This document shows positions 57,613 to 64,000 of a stretch of 64,000 nt of DNA, piece after piece. This DNA comes from Lewinellaceae bacterium (GTDB taxonomy: Bacteria > Bacteroidota > Bacteroidia > Chitinophagales > Saprospiraceae), in the NCBI GenBank assembly GCA_020636355.1, contig JACJYB010000011.1, positions 21,356 through 85,355 on the forward strand, read 5' to 3'. The position numbers were made by a program, and so were the translations under genes. Below the pieces are notes generated by a model that was not told where the DNA came from, did not search any database, and saw nothing but the letters and a program-made list of their open reading frames with translations. Each line of letters begins with the position of its first letter. Position 1 is the stretch's first letter.

Positions 57613-57812
57613 GGATTGAACTTTTATTTGGTTAAGGAGTTCAAGATAGCTTTCTGCCCGCATTTCTTGTTTATGTTGACTGGTTTTATTCCGGCCTGTT
57701 TGCGCAAACAGTCAACCTCAGTGGTACCAGGATCACGATGCAATACTCCAAAAAGTAAGGGAATCCTTCTTGTGCAACAATGATTTCCTACCTGTCACAA
57801 GAGTGGCAATCA

Positions 57813-58121
57813 CTATCCAAACAACACGCTTGCAAAACGAACAATCCAGACGACCACCAGGAAGAAGGTAGCCAACACCACTCCGCGCATATTGTCCGGG
57901 GCATAGCTCCGGCTGAATAAACGCATCAGCAACAGATTGGAACAAATGGCTACCAGCGCCAGCGTACGGGTTCGAAAGGTTGGGGAGAAACTGACATTGG
58001 CTAACAAATTGTTGTCTTCCATAAAATCGTAGATCGTGAGGAGAATCCCATACAATGCTATAGGTACACAAGCCCCGAGCAACAAGCCCAATGCCACATG
58101 ATTGCGTTTAAAAAACGTCAT
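57813..58121 (-). CDS. Small integral membrane protein (hypothetical)
   Basis: 102 aa with three predicted hydrophobic helices. Its start overlaps the surE stop by 4 nt (ATGA), which implies co-translation. Confidence 0.5.
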   Translation of the reverse strand: MTFFKRNHVALGLLLGACVPIALYGILLTIYDFMEDNNLLANVSFSPTFRTRTLALVAICSNLLLMRLFSRSYAPDNMRGVVLATFFLVVVWIVRFASVLFG

Positions 58122-58885
58122 ACTTCCAAATATTTTAGTCCAGGAATGGAGGCGTAAGTGGTCAGGTCATGTCCGGAAGGCACTACCGAGACGTAATTGT
58201 TTTGCAGCGCCCATATATCGGTATCCTCCGAATGATCATCCACCTGGAAAACTCCGGTCAGCCAGTAATATTTTTGTCCTCTTGGGTCCACAGCTTCCAT
58301 GAATTCCTCACGCCACCTGCCCTCAGCTTGCTTACAAACTCTGATGCCCCGGATACGACCGTTTTCGGGGTACGGAATGTTGACATTAAGCAAGCGACTA
58401 TGCGGAATGCCACGTTCCATTACATCCCGAATTATTTTATCGACATAAGGTCGGCAAGGATTAAAATCTGCATCAAATGCGAAATTCAGGAGTGAGAATC
58501 CGATGGAATTCACACCTTCCAGGGATGCTTCCATGGCGGCCGACATGGTTCCCGAGTAAATGATATTGATGGATGCATTGGATCCATGGTTAATCCCCGA
58601 AACACACAAATCCACTTTGCGATCCTTCAGTACGATGTGCTTGGCTAATTTTACACAGTCTACCGGTGTGCCGTTGCATTCGTACGCTTCCAGCCCGGGG
58701 AATACATTCACCTTATTTATACGCAATGGTTCTTCCAGGGTCACTGCGTGCCCCTTACCCGACTGGGGCGAGTCTGGTGCTACCACAACGACATCTCCAT
58801 AAGCACGGACTATATCAACCAAAACACGTATGCCTGGTGCTACGATGCCGTCATCGTTGGTCACTAAAATTAATGGCTTACTCAT
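58118..58885 (-). CDS. surE: 5'/3'-nucleotidase SurE
   Basis: The start at MSKPLILVTNDDGIVAPGI matches the canonical SurE N-terminus. It also has GINHGSN and SGTMSAAMEA. Confidence 0.9.
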   Translation of the reverse strand: MSKPLILVTNDDGIVAPGIRVLVDIVRAYGDVVVVAPDSPQSGKGHAVTLEEPLRINKVNVFPGLEAYECNGTPVDCVKLAKHIVLKDRKVDLCVSGINHGSNASINIIYSGTMSAAMEASLEGVNSIGFSLLNFAFDADFNPCRPYVDKIIRDVMERGIPHSRLLNVNIPYPENGRIRGIRVCKQAEGRWREEFMEAVDPRGQKYYWLTGVFQVDDHSEDTDIWALQNNYVSVVPSGHDLTTYASIPGLKYLEV

Positions 58886-59010
58886 GGCTGCAAAATAAGA
58901 CATTTACAGCCAAACTCATTAGGATGGAGTTAATTAGATATTAATTATTCTAATTAGGTGTTCGTCTAAGGACTCAATAATGGCAGTAAGCAAATACCCG
59001 TGGCTGTCGG

Positions 59011-59328
59011 TCAGACGGAGGCTGCTTCTTTTTCCAGCAAACTGACCAGTGATTGCATTGGCTGCATACCTGATTGACGCCAGAGCATTTTACCTTTCTT
59101 GAAAATCATAAAAGTGGGAACACCCTGTACTTTGTATTTATTGGCCAGCGTCGGATTGCGGTCCACATCAATCTTCACGATGCGTGCTTTATCGCCTACC
59201 TTGGATGCTACCTGCTGAAGGACTGGCGCCATAGCTTTGCACGGACCGCACCATTCTGCGGAGAAATCGACCAATACGGGTTTGTTGCTGCTGATGATGT
59301 CTTTGAAGGATACTTTTTTTGTCTTCAC
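59011..59328 (-). CDS. trxA: Thioredoxin
   Basis: 105 aa with the WCGPCK active site. The start codon is GTG (59328). Confidence 0.9.
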   Translation of the reverse strand: MKTKKVSFKDIISSNKPVLVDFSAEWCGPCKAMAPVLQQVASKVGDKARIVKIDVDRNPTLANKYKVQGVPTFMIFKKGKMLWRQSGMQPMQSLVSLLEKEAASV

Positions 59329-59605
59329 GAGTCAATTGATTAAGGATTAATAAAAAGCGAAGCGGATAAAACCGCAACACAAAGATGAAGCATTCATCTT
59401 GTGCAGTCCGTGACAGGTATCACAGGGAAAGTTTGAAGATAAAATGTTGCTTGGTTCCCAGAGCAACCAGACAGGTTTTGGGCTCCAGTGATTTAAGCCG
59501 GCTCTTCCCGTTTTGTCCCGTCTTTTTGCTTTTCGCCGTTACTTGTTTGAATCGCTGCGTCCAAAGCGGGAAATCTTTAATTTTGCACCGCTAAAGGCAA
59601 AAACC

Positions 59606-60481
59606 ATGACAAACGTACAGGTGGGTATCATCCAGATGAGCTGTGTTGCTGAAAAAGCCCAAAATCTGGAAAAGGCCCAGACTAAAATTAGAGCGGCGGC
59701 TGCGCAGGGAGCTCAAATCATCTGCCTGCAGGAGCTGTTCACTTCACTCTATTTCTGTGATGAGGAGCATTATGACAATTTTTCTTTGGCAGAAGCTATA
59801 CCCGGTCCGTCGACAGAAGTCCTTGGCCAATTGGCGAAAGAATTAAAGGTAGTCATCATTGCCTCCCTTTTTGAAAAGCGGGCTGCTGGCCTGTATCACA
59901 ATACCGTTGCCATTCTGGATGCAGACGGCTCCTACCTCGGCAAGTATCGTAAAATGCATATTCCGGACGATCCGGCCTATTACGAGAAGTTTTACTTTAC
60001 GCCTGGCGATTTGGGCTATAAGACATTTAAGACCCGGTTTGGCACGATCGGCGTATTGATCTGTTGGGACCAGTGGTATCCGGAGGCTGCACGTATCACC
60101 GCACTTATGGGGGCGGAAATGCTATTTTATCCAACAGCCATTGGCTGGGCTACCTCCCAGGATCAGGAGACCAATAGCGAGCAATACCAAGCCTGGCAAA
60201 CCATTCAGCGCAGCCATAGCGTCGCCAACGGATTACCCGTCATATCGGTTAACAGGGTTGGCCTCGAGCAGAATGGTGCGATGAAGTTTTGGGGTGGTTC
60301 ATTTATTACCAACGCCTTCGGCCGTATTCTGTATCAGGCTTCCCACGAGGAAGAGGTTATTCATGTTCAAACCATCGACCTGGCTCAATCGGACCGTTAC
60401 CGGACGCACTGGCCATTTCTGAGAGATCGTCGCATCGACTCTTATCAACCCCTACAGAAAAGGTTTATTGACGAAACATAA
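59606..60481 (+). CDS. aguB: N-carbamoylputrescine amidase (carbon-nitrogen hydrolase family)
   Basis: About 291 aa from MTNVQVGIIQMSC. It has nitrilase-superfamily E-K-C triad blocks (LQELF; YRKMHIP; VLICWDQWYPE). It lies immediately upstream of agmatine deiminase. Confidence 0.8.
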   Translation: MTNVQVGIIQMSCVAEKAQNLEKAQTKIRAAAAQGAQIICLQELFTSLYFCDEEHYDNFSLAEAIPGPSTEVLGQLAKELKVVIIASLFEKRAAGLYHNTVAILDADGSYLGKYRKMHIPDDPAYYEKFYFTPGDLGYKTFKTRFGTIGVLICWDQWYPEAARITALMGAEMLFYPTAIGWATSQDQETNSEQYQAWQTIQRSHSVANGLPVISVNRVGLEQNGAMKFWGGSFITNAFGRILYQASHEEEVIHVQTIDLAQSDRYRTHWPFLRDRRIDSYQPLQKRFIDET

Positions 60482-60483
60482 TC

Positions 60484-61536
60484 ATGGAGAACGTTACCCT
60501 GACGCCCCGACAACTCGGATACCGATTCCCTGCTGAGTTCGAACCACATGAAGCCATGTGGTTGAGTTGGCCGCATAACCCGGATACCTGGCCAGGCAAG
60601 ATCGAAACCATATTTACTTCGTATTGCGCATTTATACAGGAGGTATCGAAAAGTGAAGAGGTCCGTATCAATGTGAAGGATGCGACCATGGAGCAAGACG
60701 CCCGAAGAATGCTTCTGGAAGCAGGGGTATCTGCAGAGCGGATTCGATATTTTCACCATCCGACTAACGATGCCTGGTGCCGGGACCATGGTCCGGCTTT
60801 TGTAGTCAACCGGGATGCGCCTCAACCGAAGGCAATCATCGACTGGGGTTATAATGCGTGGGGTGGCAAATACCCTCCTTATGATCTGGATGATGTTATC
60901 CCAACTCTGATCGGGGATAAACTTGGACTACCGGTCTTTTACCCGGGTATTGTCATGGAAGGCGGTTCGGTCGAATTTAATGGTGATGGCACTCTGTTGA
61001 CCTCCACCGCTTGCCTGCTCAATCCAAATCGCAATCCTCTGCTTAATCAGGGACAGATCGAGGCCATACTATCTGATTATTATGGCGTAGAGCAGATCCT
61101 ATGGGTGGATGAAGGCATCATTGGCGATGACACAGACGGTCACATCGATGATACCGTACGTTTTGTCAATCGGGACACGGTTGTCACGGTGATTGAAACG
61201 AATGTTGAGGACGAAAATCATTCCCTGCTGCAGCACAATCTCAAGCAGTTAAAGGCCATGCGGCTCCGTGATGGGCAACCACTGAACATCATTGAATTAC
61301 CTATGCCCGATCCGGTGTATTATCAAGGTCAGCGCTTACCGGTGTCTTACGCCAATTTCTACATTGCCAATCATGCCATCATCGTACCGGTTTTTCACAG
61401 CTCTAAAGATGAAATCGCGTTACGCATCATTCAGGACTGTTTCCCCGAACGTACGGTGGTAGGCATTGACTCCCGGGATATTATCTGGGGCTTAGGGAGC
61501 TTTCATTGCCTCAGCCAGCAGGAACCTTTGGTTTAG
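60484..61536 (+). CDS. aguA: Agmatine deiminase
   Basis: 350 aa with WLSWPHN, NDAWCRDHGP, DGHIDD and the C-terminal catalytic-Cys motif GSFHCLSQQEP. Confidence 0.85.
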   Translation: MENVTLTPRQLGYRFPAEFEPHEAMWLSWPHNPDTWPGKIETIFTSYCAFIQEVSKSEEVRINVKDATMEQDARRMLLEAGVSAERIRYFHHPTNDAWCRDHGPAFVVNRDAPQPKAIIDWGYNAWGGKYPPYDLDDVIPTLIGDKLGLPVFYPGIVMEGGSVEFNGDGTLLTSTACLLNPNRNPLLNQGQIEAILSDYYGVEQILWVDEGIIGDDTDGHIDDTVRFVNRDTVVTVIETNVEDENHSLLQHNLKQLKAMRLRDGQPLNIIELPMPDPVYYQGQRLPVSYANFYIANHAIIVPVFHSSKDEIALRIIQDCFPERTVVGIDSRDIIWGLGSFHCLSQQEPLV

Positions 61537-62157
61537 ATTGATCTGCCAAGTCCCGGGCATTGCAGCCTGCTTAAGGATAAGAAGAGCCCCATCCTTCACG
61601 AAACACGTTCAATCTATACGACAGATCATTGTGTAGGATCAGGTTGTAGGCTCATTGCCACGAAATAGGCTTACGCCGGAAGGTAGCACGGGAATCAGAT
61701 TGCCCGTCCAAGAAACCATTTCTTCCGCATCCCTTAAGGCTTCATAAGGTGTTGCTATCCCGATCTGATGGACCGATTCATTTACAATTCTACGGTTAAA
61801 ACTTCCTGGAAGTCCAGACCCGCATTATCCGGAACGTCTGCTCAATTTGCATGACAAATATAAGGTATATGTAAAGGGTATATTATATACATGATAATAT
61901 CATTATATAAATAAATTTTTCACATTACATAGAATTATCATTTTTAAAAATGCTTATTAATCAATCAAATACATTAAGTATGTTGTCACTTTAAATGAAT
62001 CCTATATATGAATCGATGCTATTAAAATTTGATTCTTTATTAATGTGTAATAGGAACAATTCACACTATCACAACACGGTTTATGCAGAAAATCCATAAT
62101 TACCAAATGCTGGCTTCCCATAATGGACACCACGAACATTTCCGTATCTTCACAAAA

Positions 62158-63219
62158 ATGCCTTTGATGATTTTCCTCCGCTTATCCCTCCTTCTCCTGG
62201 TGGTTTCCCTGTGGATGGGCTGTCATATTTCTGCCTTGGATGCTTTGGGCCTCCCTAATCCCATCGTGAAGATTTCCAGTGCTCCCGGCCCTGAAGATCT
62301 GGCATTGGACACGTTTGAAAACAGACACCGGGTAATTCTCTCCACAGCGGTTCGCCGAACTCAAAAAGGATTACCGCGGGCAGGTGGCCGGATCCAATAT
62401 CTTCCGGTGCCGGGAGACACCGTTTACACCTTTAGCATCACCGGGTATATGGATTCAATCTACCCGCACGGTATAGACCTGGCTCGCTGGGATGACACGC
62501 TGTATTTGTTTGTCATCTCCCATAATGCTACCGTAAAAGACCCTTCGGACTTTAACCGGCACCTTATTTTGCAGTTTCGTGTGACGGACGACCATTTAAT
62601 CTGGAAGCATACCTGGGAGTCACCATTCCTTAAAGCACCTAACGACCTCTTCGTAACGGATGATGGTCGTATCTATGTGAGCAATTACCTCAAGCGGATT
62701 TCAACTTTCCAGACTCTTTGGTCTGCTTTATTCCGGTTTCGTACCGGGAGCATAGTTTATTACCTGCCCGGCGAAGGATGGAACAAATTACCAGGGAGGT
62801 ATGGATACCCAAATGGGGTTTATGTATCCAGGCAACACTTGTATGTCGCCGAAGGTACCAGGAAGCGAGTCCTCCGATTTAACCTTGATGTGGCGGGGCA
62901 TCCACAGCCAGCTCCGGTAACCTCGCCGAAAATGTTTCTATTTGCCGACAATCTGATGCCCGGCCCCGAGGGTTGGCTTTATGGCACCTGCCACCCTTTC
63001 CCTTTAAAATTTAAAGCACATGCCGCGGATGGCACCAAGATCAGTCCTTCGTGGTTGTTCCGTATCCATCCGGACCTGGCAGACTGGGAGTGGATCGGAA
63101 AAGATGACGGGAGCAACATTTCAGCAGCTTCAACCTGCTTACCATACAGAGATACCCTTTACGTGGGACAGGTATTTCAGCCTTATATTTTAAAATTACC
63201 CTTCCAGAACCATCGCTAA
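62158..63219 (+). CDS. Six-bladed beta-propeller protein, arylesterase/paraoxonase (PON)-like
   Basis: An internal ATG at 62158 gives a signal/anchor sequence (MPLMIFLRLSLLLLVVSLWMGC). The blocks GPEDLALD, YPHGIDL, PNDLFVTDDGRIYVSNY and PNGVYV resemble PON/strictosidine-synthase-like propellers. The family call is tentative. Confidence 0.5.
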   Translation: MPLMIFLRLSLLLLVVSLWMGCHISALDALGLPNPIVKISSAPGPEDLALDTFENRHRVILSTAVRRTQKGLPRAGGRIQYLPVPGDTVYTFSITGYMDSIYPHGIDLARWDDTLYLFVISHNATVKDPSDFNRHLILQFRVTDDHLIWKHTWESPFLKAPNDLFVTDDGRIYVSNYLKRISTFQTLWSALFRFRTGSIVYYLPGEGWNKLPGRYGYPNGVYVSRQHLYVAEGTRKRVLRFNLDVAGHPQPAPVTSPKMFLFADNLMPGPEGWLYGTCHPFPLKFKAHAADGTKISPSWLFRIHPDLADWEWIGKDDGSNISAASTCLPYRDTLYVGQVFQPYILKLPFQNHR

Positions 63220-63391
63220 AGTCTGCAGGATCAGGTCATTCATCGACATGGTGAGGGATTACCTCGATCCGGAGAGAAATGCAGCCGTTGAATCGCATTG
63301 AATTTCCTATTATTGTTCCGGTTTGTGGTGATTGGACTGGAGCCACTCTTCACTGCATTTTCATCGAGTCAATAAAATCAACGGTATTAAA

Positions 63392-64000
63392 ATGAAAAGG
63401 TCGCTGTTATTTCTCTTGCTCTTCCTCACAATTCTTCAATGGCAATGTTCCAAGACACCTGCTCTACGCTTATTAGTATTCTCAAAAACAGCACAATTCC
63501 GGCATGAGTCGATTCCCGCAGGACAGTCGATGTTTTTTCAAATGGCAAAAAATCACGGTTTTACCGTTGATACAACGGAAGATGCCCGTTTGTTTACTGC
63601 ACAAAATCTAAAGAATTACAATGCCGTCGTATTTCTGAACACTACGGGCGATGTCTTAAACCCGGAACAGGAACAGGAGATGCAGCGATATCTTGCGGCG
63701 GGCGGTGGATTTATCGGTATCCATTCCGCTGCCGATACCGAATACGACTGGCCCTGGTATGGAAAGTTGGTAGGCGCCTATTTTAATGGTCACCCCAGCG
63801 ATCCCAATGTAAGGGCCGGGGCCGCGGATGTTGTGGTTAATGATCACATTTGCACTTCCCATCTACCCGCTCGCTGGGATCGTACCGACGAGTGGTACAA
63901 TTATAAAGACATCAGCAAAGACATTACCGTCTTAATCAATCTGGATGAATCCTCCTACGAAGGGGGGACTAACGGCGAACAACACCCAATCACCTGGGTC
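63392..64000 (+). CDS. ThuA-domain (type 1 glutamine amidotransferase-like) protein; N-terminal part, with the gene running off the window
   Basis: Hand translation gives MKRSLLFLLLFLTILQWQCSK (lipoprotein signal), then LLVFSKTAQFRHESIPAG...AVVFLNTTGDVL...GGGFIGIHSAADTEYDWPWY, the typical ThuA pattern. There is no stop before 64000. Confidence 0.75.
   Translation, partial: MKRSLLFLLLFLTILQWQCSKTPALRLLVFSKTAQFRHESIPAGQSMFFQMAKNHGFTVDTTEDARLFTAQNLKNYNAVVFLNTTGDVLNPEQEQEMQRYLAAGGGFIGIHSAADTEYDWPWYGKLVGAYFNGHPSDPNVRAGAADVVVNDHICTSHLPARWDRTDEWYNYKDISKDITVLINLDESSYEGGTNGEQHPITWV

Noticed and set aside
61600-61830. ~57-codon open frame on the minus strand (…GIATPYEALRDAEEMVSWTGNLIPVLPSGVSLFRGNEPTT*) in the aguA/PON-like spacer, a possible gene remnant.
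   Set aside because: It has no start codon after the upstream in-frame TAA, is too short, and shows no motif I can recognise. It may be a decayed fragment, but I cannot support a pseudogene call without a homology search.
1-64000. I looked for CRISPR arrays, transposases/IS ends, integrases, phage genes, restriction-modification or other defence genes, and rRNA.
   Set aside because: I saw no regularly spaced direct repeats. No ORF carries a DDE/tyrosine-recombinase, nuclease-helicase or methyltransferase motif. Every ORF over 150 aa that is not nested antisense in a better-supported gene has a metabolic, envelope or housekeeping assignment, or is a DUF.

Overview
This window looks like ordinary chromosome from a Bacteroidota-type organism. 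The supporting signals are T9SS type A and type B C-terminal sorting domains, TAnnTTTG-like -7 promoter boxes, no obvious Shine-Dalgarno dependence, and many Tat- or lipoprotein-exported glycosidases. I found about 48 protein genes, one tRNA-Lys(UUU) and one TPP riboswitch. I found no transposase, integrase, phage gene, CRISPR array or recognisable defence gene. Both edges cut genes that the ORF track misses because they have no stop in the window: an acyl-CoA oxidase-like gene (1..1852, minus) and a ThuA-like gene (63392..64000, plus). Housekeeping content includes fabG, cmk, queA, infC-rpmI-rplT, clpC, rnz, lpxB, surE, trxA and aguB-aguA. There is also a two-gene NAD-linked molybdo-formate dehydrogenase and an MlaEF pair. 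The accessory part is a glycan-harvest region at about 25.9-40.9 kb. It holds a GH20-like hexosaminidase, two GH29 fucosidases, an uncharacterised DUF1800/DUF1501 pair, a Na+/solute symporter, and a translationally coupled nucleotidyltransferase plus NahK-like HexNAc 1-kinase pair. It is followed by a 1746-aa repeat-built T9SS surface protein, and further downstream by a LolA-like/BNR-propeller pair, GH127 and a GH109-like enzyme. My best candidate for something undescribed is the DUF1800/DUF1501 module, whose DUF1501 protein carries both a twin-arginine leader and a T9SS sorting domain, inside a SusC/D-less glycan locus. All functional calls come from reading motifs by eye. No database search was run.
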